A stretch of 64,000 nucleotides of DNA from Pelagibacteraceae bacterium (GTDB taxonomy: Bacteria; Pseudomonadota; Alphaproteobacteria; HIMB59; GCA-002718135): positions 1,722 through 65,721 of the forward strand of contig JAGFWP010000030.1 of NCBI GenBank assembly GCA_017639935.1. Direction: 5' to 3'. Shown in pieces: positions 39,576 to 47,202 of the stretch (position 1 is the first letter of the stretch; every line of letters starts with the position of its first letter). The notes under the pieces are model-generated. The model did no database searches. It had not been told where the DNA came from and saw nothing but the letters and a program-made list of their open reading frames with translations. Both the position numbers and the translations under genes were made by a program.

Positions 39576-40200
39576 GTTTTTTTTCACACAAATCATTCCT
39601 GTCATCCTTTAAACTGCGTGAAACGTCCAATCCGTGGGGTCGTGCGTTATTAATTACTACTTTTGCGTTTTTATGATTGATGCCCCCCCCAATATAAATC
39701 GGTTTTTTTAGTTTTCTAAGAAAATTAATCTGATCCAAGCAATCGTAAATTGAGAACGTTTTTATATCATCATTTCCATAAACATTTAAATCGTAATAAA
39801 AAATATTTGTCAAAGATGCGATGGATTGAAAATAATTTTTATCAAATCTTTTTGGGTTGGAAGAAATGCCGATTTTCAATTTTTTAAAAATTTTTTTTAG
39901 TAACGATAATTCTGATTTATCAAAAAAATATGAACAAGCTATGATCTTAGGTTTTGTATAATCAATTTGTTTGACCAATTCCAACGTTGATTGATGGCGA
40001 GAAAGCAAAACTGATTCAATTTTATAATAATCACATTCTTCAATTAAATTCTTTATCAGTCCATCATCGCACGTATTGGGACCCAACAAATTATCACTGG
40101 CGAAACCTAATGATTTTATATTATTAGCAGCAGCAGTCGTAATTGATGCGGATGTAGTAATGCCGCACACCTTTAGATCAACATTGAGATGATTAGACAT
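39541..40200 (-). CDS. phosphoribosylanthranilate isomerase-like (TrpF-like) TIM-barrel protein, divergent
   Basis: It has an N-terminal LKVCGIT (PRAI KICGIT with catalytic Cys), internal YYDLN, GGGIN, and C-terminal HGLDVSRSL (PRAI: VDVSSGVE). No other trp genes lie in the window. Confidence 0.55.
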   Translation of the reverse strand: MSNHLNVDLKVCGITTSASITTAAANNIKSLGFASDNLLGPNTCDDGLIKNLIEECDYYKIESVLLSRHQSTLELVKQIDYTKPKIIACSYFFDKSELSLLKKIFKKLKIGISSNPKRFDKNYFQSIASLTNIFYYDLNVYGNDDIKTFSIYDCLDQINFLRKLKKPIYIGGGINHKNAKVVINNARPHGLDVSRSLKDDRNDLCEKKLNKLIQSLSVG

Positions 40201-40219
40201 ATTTTTTTTTGTTATTCGT

Positions 40220-40537
40220 TTATTCTGTTTTATTGAATTTTTCTACAGCAAGTCTTGCACATTCATCAATTTTTTTTATTATTTCCTCTCTTTTTATCCC
40301 AAGATTTTTCGATTCAAAATCGCCAAGCAATTTATCAATCACATCATCATCGCCAGGTTTTTCTAAGTCAGACAGCCTGACTTCTTTTACATAACTTTCT
40401 TCATTCTCCGGGTTCATCAATGACGCCGCCCATTCGCCAACGAGTTTGTTTCGAATAGACCGGATTTTAAATTGAGATTCCTGATCATGCTGATACTTTG
40501 CTTCAAAGCCTTTTTCTCTTTCATTAAATGTGCTCAT
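40220..40537 (-). CDS. DUF1476 protein (alphaproteobacterial F1-ATPase inhibitor zeta subunit family)
   Basis: MSTFNEREKGFEAKYQHDQESQFKIRSIRNKLVGEWAA matches the conserved N-terminus of zeta-subunit/DUF1476 proteins. Confidence 0.75.
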   Translation of the reverse strand: MSTFNEREKGFEAKYQHDQESQFKIRSIRNKLVGEWAASLMNPENEESYVKEVRLSDLEKPGDDDVIDKLLGDFESKNLGIKREEIIKKIDECARLAVEKFNKTE

Positions 40538-40546
40538 GGATCTTTA

Positions 40547-40590
40547 AGTATATATAATAAATTCTTTGAGTATATATAATACATTCTATG
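40547..40590 (+). repeat. 22-bp tandem duplication filling the divergent zeta / membrane-protein spacer
   Basis: The copies are AGTATATATAATAAATTCTTTG and AGTATATATAATACATTCTATG, 20/22 identical. The second copy ends in the ATG of the 40588 gene. Each copy carries a TATAAT-like element. Confidence 0.8.
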
Positions 40591-40995
40591 CTGAAAATTA
40601 AGGGTAAAATAAATTTGACCTTATTAGTCTTTAATATTTTTTGTCTTTTATATTATTCTATGCAACTTTTGGCATTCACGGATGAATTTGTATCAAGTAA
40701 CATTGGTTTTTTTAACCATGCCGTCGCTGGTTTGTCAGAAATTATCGGCATCATATTTTTTTGCCTTGCCGCAGGATTAAGCATTGTTGTTTTCAGGGGG
40801 GCAAATAACCAGCTACCTTTGTTAACAACCGTTTTTCTGATGCAAATAATCATTTCTTTGAATTTTTGGCGTTATGTTATTACTGACGAACCCGGAGAAA
40901 CAAGCATAAGTGTGATTATGTTTAATGCCTGCGTGTTTTCCTTGATGAGTTTTTCAATGTTGATATTAATGATTCGATTAAAAAAAATCACTTAA
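40588..40995 (+). CDS. small 4-TM membrane protein, unknown function
   Basis: Four hydrophobic segments are visible and no motif is recognised. It lies upstream of cdd. Confidence 0.45.
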   Translation: MLKIKGKINLTLLVFNIFCLLYYSMQLLAFTDEFVSSNIGFFNHAVAGLSEIIGIIFFCLAAGLSIVVFRGANNQLPLLTTVFLMQIIISLNFWRYVITDEPGETSISVIMFNACVFSLMSFSMLILMIRLKKIT

Positions 40996-41012
40996 GATAT
41001 GGTGTGTGAAAA

Positions 41013-41414
41013 ATGATTTCCGATAATTTTGACAAATTGTTTGAAGAGGCCAAAAAGGTTCGTGAGAAAGCGCATGTCCCTTATTCACAATTTAAAGTTG
41101 GCGCCGCCTTTTTAACGGAAGATAACTCGATCGTTGCAGGATGCAATGTGGAGAATGCAGCCTATCCCCAGTCACAGTGTGCCGAGGCATCTGCGATTGG
41201 TAATTTAATAAGCCAGGGATACAAAAATATTGTTGAAGTCGTTGTTATAGGTTCAGGAAGCAAACTGTGCTCACCTTGCGGCGGATGCAGGCAAAGACTC
41301 CGCGAATTTGCAAAATTAGATGTTCCGATTCATATGTGCAATATTGAAGGTCACATTAAAACATCAACTCTTGGCGAACTGTTGCCGGATTCATTCGGGC
41401 CTGAAAACTTATAA
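41013..41414 (+). CDS. cdd: cytidine deaminase
   Basis: The zinc-binding motifs are CAEASAI and PCGGCRQ. Confidence 0.92.
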   Translation: MISDNFDKLFEEAKKVREKAHVPYSQFKVGAAFLTEDNSIVAGCNVENAAYPQSQCAEASAIGNLISQGYKNIVEVVVIGSGSKLCSPCGGCRQRLREFAKLDVPIHMCNIEGHIKTSTLGELLPDSFGPENL

Positions 41415-42244
41415 TGCTTGAATCTTCAAAAATTTTTTTAACGACAACAAATAATATTAACCCGGATGTTGCCATTATTTTAGGGAGCGGTCTTACAAAT
41501 TTTTTTGAAAAAAAAGACGTTCTGCATTCAATGAGCTATGAAAAATTACCTGATTTTCCTCAACCAACTGTTCAAGGTCACGCGGGAAAAATGGTCCTAG
41601 GTTCAGTGCATAATAGAAAAACTGTCTGTCTGTACGGCCGATCACACATATATGAAGGACATGACCCTAAAACATTAGCCAATCCCATTAGAGTCTTGAA
41701 AGATATTGGCTGTAAATTATTGATAGTCACAAATGCCGCAGGCAGCTTGATACAGGATATGACCGCGGGAAGTTTAATGATCATAAACGATCATATAAAC
41801 TGGAGTGGGCACAATCCATTAATAGGTAAAAATGATGAACGTTACGGACCCCGCTTTCCTGACATGAGTGACGCCTATCATAAGTTTTACCGGGACCAAC
41901 TTAAAGAAATTGCTGAAAAAAATGATCTGAAACTTTTCGAAGGGGTGTATTGTATGTATTCGGGTCCCAACTTTGAGACTCCTGCAGAGATTAAAGCCTC
42001 AAAAATTGCTGGAGCGAGCGCGGTCGGCATGTCAACCGTGCCGGAAGTCCTTGTTGCCAATCATTGCTCCCTGCCCGTTGTGGCTATAAGCGTGATAACC
42101 AATCTTGCTGCTGGAATGAATAAAACAAAACTGAGTCATCAAGAAACATTAGAAAATGCAGCTTTAGCGGAAGAAAAATTGATTAATCTGATAAAAAATT
42201 TTGTACGTGATGTGAAATTTGATGATACCTCAAGAAATAATTAG
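41414..42244 (+). CDS. punA: purine nucleoside phosphorylase (trimeric PNP family)
   Basis: The motifs VQGHAGKMVLG, GPNFETPAE and AVGMSTVPEV are present. The overlap with cdd is TAATG. Confidence 0.9.
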   Translation: MLESSKIFLTTTNNINPDVAIILGSGLTNFFEKKDVLHSMSYEKLPDFPQPTVQGHAGKMVLGSVHNRKTVCLYGRSHIYEGHDPKTLANPIRVLKDIGCKLLIVTNAAGSLIQDMTAGSLMIINDHINWSGHNPLIGKNDERYGPRFPDMSDAYHKFYRDQLKEIAEKNDLKLFEGVYCMYSGPNFETPAEIKASKIAGASAVGMSTVPEVLVANHCSLPVVAISVITNLAAGMNKTKLSHQETLENAALAEEKLINLIKNFVRDVKFDDTSRNN

Positions 42245-43535
42245 AAAAAAAAGAGATAATAAAACTCTAACGGAAGGCGAAATCAAGTCATTTGTCTTAG
42301 GTCTGACAAACGGCTCATTTTCTGATTCACAAATTGCATCAATGAGCATGGCCATTCTAATTAACGACATGACAAAGGAAGAAACAATATGGTTAACCAA
42401 CGCTATGACCAACTCAGGTGATAAATTAGATTGGCAAGACATAGTTGAAAGTGACTTGGTATGTGATAAACATTCTACAGGAGGAGTCGGGGATAAAGTC
42501 AGTTTGATACTGGCGCCTATACTTGCAGCCTGCGGCGTGTATGTTCCAATGATATCAGGACGTGGGCTTGGACATACAGGCGGGACTCTTGATAAATTTG
42601 ACACGATACCCGGGTATAATACTCAGCCCTCCATTGATGTTTTTAGAAAAGTGGTAAAAGATGTAGGTTGCGCCATTATAGGTCAAACATCAAATTTGGT
42701 TCCAGCGGATAAAAAACTATATTCAATCAGGGACGCGGTAGGCGCGGTGGAATCAATTCCCCTTATCACATCATCGATTCTGTCAAAAAAAATTGCATCC
42801 GGTTTAAAAAATCTGGTTTTAGATGTCAAAGTTGGCAACGGGTCGTTCAACAACACCAAGGATGTCGCATTAAACCTCGCAAGATCTTTAGTAAGCGTTG
42901 CCAAGGGGGCCGGACTGCAATGCCAGGCAATTCTTACTGATATGAATCAGGTACTTGGGTGGAATGCAGGACACACTCTTGAAATAAAAGAATGCGCTGA
43001 ATATCTAACCAACAAAAGAAAAAATAAAAGACTGGAGAAAATCACGAATGAATTAATAGCGTCTGTTTTAATGATGGCTAAAAAAACTGAAAAACAAGAA
43101 TCATATGAAAAAATAAATCAGGTGCTTAGTAACGGAATGGCGGCGGAAAAGTTCAACAAGATGGTTCATGCGCTTGGGGGTCCCGCGGATTTTTTAGAAA
43201 AACATGATTCGTTGTTACAATCTTCTTCATATGTCGGTGAAATTAAAGCTAATGAAACAGGATCAATTCATTCTATTGAAACAAGAAAGTTAGGGTTGAC
43301 ATTGATTGAACTTGGAGGAGGAAGAAAGCAAGTTGATGATGAGATTAATTACGCGGTGGGTTATGAAAACGTGGTGAGTGTTGGAGATAATGTGGACACA
43401 TCAACACCTTTATTAAGAGTGCACGCCTCATCGCAAAGTGATTTTGATAGAGTGAAAAATGAAATTGAAAAATGTTTTGTCATTTCTGACACAAAGCGAA
43501 ATAATTTAGATACGATTTATCAAACAATTAATTAA
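42222..43535 (+). CDS. deoA: thymidine phosphorylase
   Basis: The motifs CDKHSTGGVGDKVSL and SGRGLGHTGGTLDK are present. ATG at 42222 is preferred. Confidence 0.93.
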   Translation: MIPQEIIRKKRDNKTLTEGEIKSFVLGLTNGSFSDSQIASMSMAILINDMTKEETIWLTNAMTNSGDKLDWQDIVESDLVCDKHSTGGVGDKVSLILAPILAACGVYVPMISGRGLGHTGGTLDKFDTIPGYNTQPSIDVFRKVVKDVGCAIIGQTSNLVPADKKLYSIRDAVGAVESIPLITSSILSKKIASGLKNLVLDVKVGNGSFNNTKDVALNLARSLVSVAKGAGLQCQAILTDMNQVLGWNAGHTLEIKECAEYLTNKRKNKRLEKITNELIASVLMMAKKTEKQESYEKINQVLSNGMAAEKFNKMVHALGGPADFLEKHDSLLQSSSYVGEIKANETGSIHSIETRKLGLTLIELGGGRKQVDDEINYAVGYENVVSVGDNVDTSTPLLRVHASSQSDFDRVKNEIEKCFVISDTKRNNLDTIYQTIN

Positions 43536-43537
43536 TA

Positions 43538-44194
43538 ATGAGCACTCAAATTGAAATCAACAAACAGTTAGTCAGTTATCTGGAAACTTTTGGTTATCGG
43601 CGTGATCCCATCATTGATGAACTGGTAAAAGAAACAAAAGCCTTAGGCAATGTAGCGCAAATGCAAATTGCTCCAGAGCAAGGCCAATTTTTACAAATGA
43701 TCGTGACAATATCTAAAGCAAAGAAATGCCTTGAAGTAGGAAGGTTCACGGGATTAAGCACGTTATGTATGGCCAGAGGCTTATCTGATGACGGAAAAAT
43801 TATTACCATTGATAACTCTGATGAATTTTTACCTTTAGCAAATAAATTTTGGAAACAGGCAAACGTTCAACATAAAATTGAATCTGTTATCGGCCAGGGC
43901 GTTGAGGTAATGCAGAGCTACATTGACAGGCAATTTTTTTTTGATTTGATTTTTATTGACGCGGATAAGAATAATTATCCCCATTACTATGAATTATCAC
44001 TTCAGTTGCTTCCATCAAATGGAATCATGTTCATTGACAATATGTTCCAGGGAGGTGATGTTGCGGATTTATCCAACAAAGACGCGCAAACAGAAACAAT
44101 CAGATCTCTTAATGAAAAAATTCAAAAAGATGAACGTGTCGACTTCTCTTTGCTTCCCATATCAGACGGCCTTTCCTTTATTCGAAAAAAATAA
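43538..44194 (+). CDS. class I SAM-dependent O-methyltransferase (family 3, caffeoyl-CoA OMT-like)
   Basis: The motif CLEVGRFTGLST is the SAM-binding loop, and FIDADKNNY is present. Confidence 0.8.
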   Translation: MSTQIEINKQLVSYLETFGYRRDPIIDELVKETKALGNVAQMQIAPEQGQFLQMIVTISKAKKCLEVGRFTGLSTLCMARGLSDDGKIITIDNSDEFLPLANKFWKQANVQHKIESVIGQGVEVMQSYIDRQFFFDLIFIDADKNNYPHYYELSLQLLPSNGIMFIDNMFQGGDVADLSNKDAQTETIRSLNEKIQKDERVDFSLLPISDGLSFIRKK

Positions 44195-44202
44195 TCAAGA
44201 AA

Positions 44203-44230
44203 CTTGAAACCCTAAATACCGACCCCATAT
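44203..44230 (+). promoter_or_regulatory. sigma32 (RpoH)-type promoter of the hsp20 gene
   Basis: The sequence is CTTGAAA (44203-44209), a 13-nt spacer, then CCCCATAT (44223-44230). This is an exact match to the E. coli-type sigma32 consensus elements. Confidence 0.75.
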
Positions 44231-44235
44231 TATTA

Positions 44236-44294
44236 TTATCAGTATGCCATTGTGGGTACTGATAAAATAACTTGCTTTACAAGGAGTTTTTATG
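44236..44294 (+). promoter_or_regulatory. structured 5' leader of hsp20, candidate ROSE-like RNA thermometer
   Basis: Hairpin I is a 9-bp stem, 44236-44244 paired with 44257-44265 (UUAUCAGUA / UACUGAUAA). Hairpin II places UUGCU (44272-44276) opposite the SD AGGAG (44282-44286) across a 5-nt loop, giving the G-G opposition typical of ROSE elements. Confidence 0.45.
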
Positions 44295-44729
44295 ACTAAA
44301 AACCTATCCGTTTGGAATTCTCTGAAACCTTTTTCAGTTGGATTTGACTCAATTTTTGAAGAGTTTGATCGCGTGTTGGATTCTACAGAGCGTTATAATT
44401 CAAATTATCCCCCTTACAATATCTGTAAGTTAAATGACAATGATTATAAGATTGAAGTCGCACTTGCAGGATATAGCAAGGACGACATTGAGATTGAATT
44501 GAAAGATAATACGCTTACTGTTCGCAACAAAATAAATGAAAAAGTTGTTAATGATGAGAGCAATGGAGTGATTCATAAAGGTATATCAACAAGACAATTT
44601 GAACGCTCTTTTACAATCTCAGAAGACATTAAAGTGAAAAATGCTGATCTCAAAAATGGACTGCTTAACATCGATCTTGAGCGCATTGTTCCAGAAGAGA
44701 AGAAGCCACGTCTCATAGACATTAATTAA
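44292..44729 (+). CDS. small heat-shock protein (Hsp20/alpha-crystallin family)
   Basis: It has an alpha-crystallin domain (YKIEVALAGYSKDDIEIELKDNTLTV...GLLNIDLERIVPEE). A sigma32-type promoter lies upstream. Confidence 0.93.
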   Translation: MTKNLSVWNSLKPFSVGFDSIFEEFDRVLDSTERYNSNYPPYNICKLNDNDYKIEVALAGYSKDDIEIELKDNTLTVRNKINEKVVNDESNGVIHKGISTRQFERSFTISEDIKVKNADLKNGLLNIDLERIVPEEKKPRLIDIN

Positions 44730-44733
44730 GGAT

Positions 44734-44757
44734 AGGGGGCTAAGGCCCCCTTTCTTA
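44734..44757 (+). terminator. rho-independent terminator after hsp20
   Basis: GGGGGC-TAAG-GCCCCC is a 6-bp GC stem with a 4-nt loop, followed by TTTCTT. Confidence 0.8.
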
Positions 44758-44807
44758 TATATTTAAAACATCATTGAAAAACTAAATTAATTTTTTATAA
44801 CCTTTTT

Positions 44808-45485
44808 GTGTTTAGATTTTTTTTAACCTTGCTTGTCTTTGCAAGCTTTAATGTTTACGCACATCAACCCAAGCTGATCAATCATTCACCCTCAAAAAAC
44901 AATCCGTATCTGGTTATTGATCCTGAAATATCCAAAGCTTACTACAGCAAGCTCACGGGCGAGCCCCATTATTATCAGGTAAACAGCGATAAAGAATTTT
45001 TATTTTATACCAGTATTCTAAGTCCGAAGACCAGTGACACCTATGTCGCATTATCAATTGACGTGTTGGATGAAAATAATAAAATAATTTTTCAAGCGGA
45101 TGAATCCAATTTTAATTGGACGGCCTGGTATGAACCCTATGCCAGGGATTGGTACTGGAAGGGGCCTGAAATAGGCACTGATACCGGTAAAGAGTTTAAA
45201 ACAAGTTTTCCTATGGATGCCGGGACATACCTTATTAAAGTTTATAACGATGACAACACCGGTCACTATTCTTTAGCCGTTGGAGAGGCGGAATTTTTTG
45301 GTGCCAACATATGGGAACAAGTTCTTATATGGACCCCCATACTTTTTTACATCGGACCATACATGGATATTGTGCATTGGCAAAAATTTGATGTCAGGGC
45401 CTACATCCCTCACATAGCCCTCCTGGTTTTATTTTTTATCATTTATCTTATTGTTAAAAAAATATCTTTTAAAAGGAAAGATTGA
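44808..45485 (+). CDS. exported, C-terminally membrane-anchored protein of unknown function, predicted N-terminal His
   Basis: The signal peptide MFRFFLTLLVFASFNVYA is followed by HQPKL... A beta-rich body contains GTYLIKVYNDDNTGHYSLAVGEAE, and a C-terminal TM segment reads IALLVLFFIIYLIV. The start is GTG. No family was recognised. Confidence 0.5.
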   Translation: MFRFFLTLLVFASFNVYAHQPKLINHSPSKNNPYLVIDPEISKAYYSKLTGEPHYYQVNSDKEFLFYTSILSPKTSDTYVALSIDVLDENNKIIFQADESNFNWTAWYEPYARDWYWKGPEIGTDTGKEFKTSFPMDAGTYLIKVYNDDNTGHYSLAVGEAEFFGANIWEQVLIWTPILFYIGPYMDIVHWQKFDVRAYIPHIALLVLFFIIYLIVKKISFKRKD

Positions 45486-45489
45486 TATT

Positions 45490-46137
45490 TTGAAAAATAA
45501 TTTTTTTCTTATTTTATTTTTGTTAACGCTGTTTGCAACATCTGTGAACGCCCACACCTTTACTGGTATGATAGGTTTTTATGACGGTCTTTCCCATCCC
45601 GTGTTAGGGATGGATCATTTTCTTGCCATGGTAAGCGTTGGAATAGTAAGCGCTCAGATTGGCGGCAGGGCCATTTGGACCATACCTTCAACGTTTGTTG
45701 GAGTGATGATCATCGGGGGCGTACTGGGCATCGCAGCGGAAGTTAATAAGGGGCTTGATAATCAAGTTATTTCCTTAAGCGAAGCAGCATCGCTGAACTA
45801 CCTTGCGGATTACATTTATACGATCATTGAATTCGGCATCGTGCTGTCAGTGATTCTCCTAGGTCTTGCCATTGCGATTGAAAAAAAATTATCTGCTGGC
45901 ATCACTATCATTTTTGTCGGTTTTTTTGGCTTATGTCACGGCGCTGCTCATGGCCTGGAGATGCCTTGGGCCGCCAACCCCGTATTATTTGCATCAGGTT
46001 TTGCGGCTGGCACGGCAACCCTCCATCTTTTTGGCGTAGGCATCGGGCATTATTTTATTAAATCAACCACATCTTCAATGTTATTACGCTTGACTGGATT
46101 AGGTTGCGCCCTTTATGGAATGAGTTTACTTTTTTAA
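45490..46137 (+). CDS. hupE: HupE/UreJ family metal (Ni/Co-type) transporter
   Basis: The signal ending ...TSVNA is followed by HTFTGMIGFYDGLSHPVLGMDHFLAMVSVG, the HupE/UreJ signature. TTG at 45490, just after the previous stop, is preferred over the ORF-track start at 45451. Confidence 0.8.
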   Translation: MKNNFFLILFLLTLFATSVNAHTFTGMIGFYDGLSHPVLGMDHFLAMVSVGIVSAQIGGRAIWTIPSTFVGVMIIGGVLGIAAEVNKGLDNQVISLSEAASLNYLADYIYTIIEFGIVLSVILLGLAIAIEKKLSAGITIIFVGFFGLCHGAAHGLEMPWAANPVLFASGFAAGTATLHLFGVGIGHYFIKSTTSSMLLRLTGLGCALYGMSLLF

Positions 46138-46149
46138 CCGGAATTAATT

Positions 46150-46521
46150 ATGGAACATTTACTAGAAGGAATACCCCTGCTTGAAAACATACCGTTGTTG
46201 CGCGGATACATATTCGGCGTTGTCCATGCCGGATTAATAATTGTTGGTTATTATTCTGGCTGGAGCATCAATCGATTTTTAAAAATAATGTCCAATGGTT
46301 TCGTGGCGGGCATTCTGGGCGCCATTTTTGCCCACGTCATCGCTGATCTTGTAGCATCCCTTCTTGATCCCAGCATACGGTCCGCAACCCTGGGCATTGT
46401 TTTAGGAGGCTTAACTCCTCTTATATTTATTCCTTTTCTTGAAAAATATGTTGTGAAAAGCAAGCATCATATTGTGGTCGGCGATCATGATGATGTTGAA
46501 AAAGATTTGAAGAATCATTAA
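46150..46521 (+). CDS. small membrane protein with a His/Asp-rich C-terminal tail
   Basis: It has 3-4 TM segments and ends KSKHHIVVGDHDDVEKDLKNH. No family was recognised. Confidence 0.5.
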   Translation: MEHLLEGIPLLENIPLLRGYIFGVVHAGLIIVGYYSGWSINRFLKIMSNGFVAGILGAIFAHVIADLVASLLDPSIRSATLGIVLGGLTPLIFIPFLEKYVVKSKHHIVVGDHDDVEKDLKNH

Positions 46522-46522
46522 C

Positions 46523-46557
46523 CCCTCAACATTCCTCGTGGTTGGTGGTAGAATAAG
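46523..46557 (+). promoter_or_regulatory. conserved GC-rich box A (promoter/operator or leader element) upstream of DUF1028-mmuM
   Basis: The sequence is CCCTCAACATTCCTCGTGGTTGGTGGTAGAATAAG. Read as a promoter: TCAACA, 17-nt spacer, TAGAAT. It is 29/35 identical to box B. Confidence 0.55.
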
Positions 46558-46571
46558 TAAAAAACCTCTTT

Positions 46572-47198
46572 ATGACTTTTTCAATTGTTGCATCTAATCC
46601 TGGAACCAAAGAATTGTGCGTTGCGACCTCTACTGGTTTGGTTGCGGTTGGCGATTTAGCGCCATGCATCCTCCCTAATGTCGGTGCTGTTTGCGTACAA
46701 GCAATGGTGAATCCTTCTTATAGGGAAAATATTCTGGATTTAATGAAAAAAGGTTTCTCAAACGAAACTGCCTTTGACCATGTCCTGAAAAACGATGAAA
46801 AAAAAGAACACCGTCAGATCATTGTAGTTAATGCAAAAGGACAAAGCCATATTTTTTCCGGTCAAAAAATAATTGATATTTCTGATTCTTGCATGGAAGA
46901 TAATTTTGCTATCGCGGGCAACATGCTAGCCTCTGCTTCAGTGATCTCTTCTATGAAAAAAACATTTTTAAACAATGCGAATGTTTTTTTCCCCAAACGA
47001 CTCTTGTTAACATTAATTGCTGGAGAGGAGGCCGGCGGGGATAAACGCGGTTGCATGTCTGCCGCGATGGAATATTTTAAACCAAACAGGAGGATTATGA
47101 CACTTCGCATTGATTACAGCAATAACCCTCTGAAAGAACTGTCAATGGCGCTTGAGCAACGCTTTTCTGAAGAATGTAAAGAGGCCTTCGATCGCTAA
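46572..47198 (+). CDS. DUF1028 family protein (Ntn-hydrolase fold)
   Basis: The N-terminus MTFSIVA, with Thr directly after Met, and the overall pattern are typical of DUF1028. The assignment is from memory. Confidence 0.65.
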   Translation: MTFSIVASNPGTKELCVATSTGLVAVGDLAPCILPNVGAVCVQAMVNPSYRENILDLMKKGFSNETAFDHVLKNDEKKEHRQIIVVNAKGQSHIFSGQKIIDISDSCMEDNFAIAGNMLASASVISSMKKTFLNNANVFFPKRLLLTLIAGEEAGGDKRGCMSAAMEYFKPNRRIMTLRIDYSNNPLKELSMALEQRFSEECKEAFDR

Positions 47199-47202
47199 AA
47201 AT

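Noticed and set aside
46523-46571. Boxes A, B and C as a SAM-II, SAM-V or SAM/SAH riboswitch upstream of a methionine-cycle gene.
   Set aside because: There is superficial resemblance (CAAC, UUCC, CGUGG, GCAG strings) to a SAM/SAH aptamer as I remember it. However, I could not derive a pseudoknot conserved in all three copies. The loop would pair with the SD only in B, and A and C lack a complementary segment apart from GAAU. No AAAGCU-type SAM-II/V element is present. The idea is kept only as something to test with covariance models.
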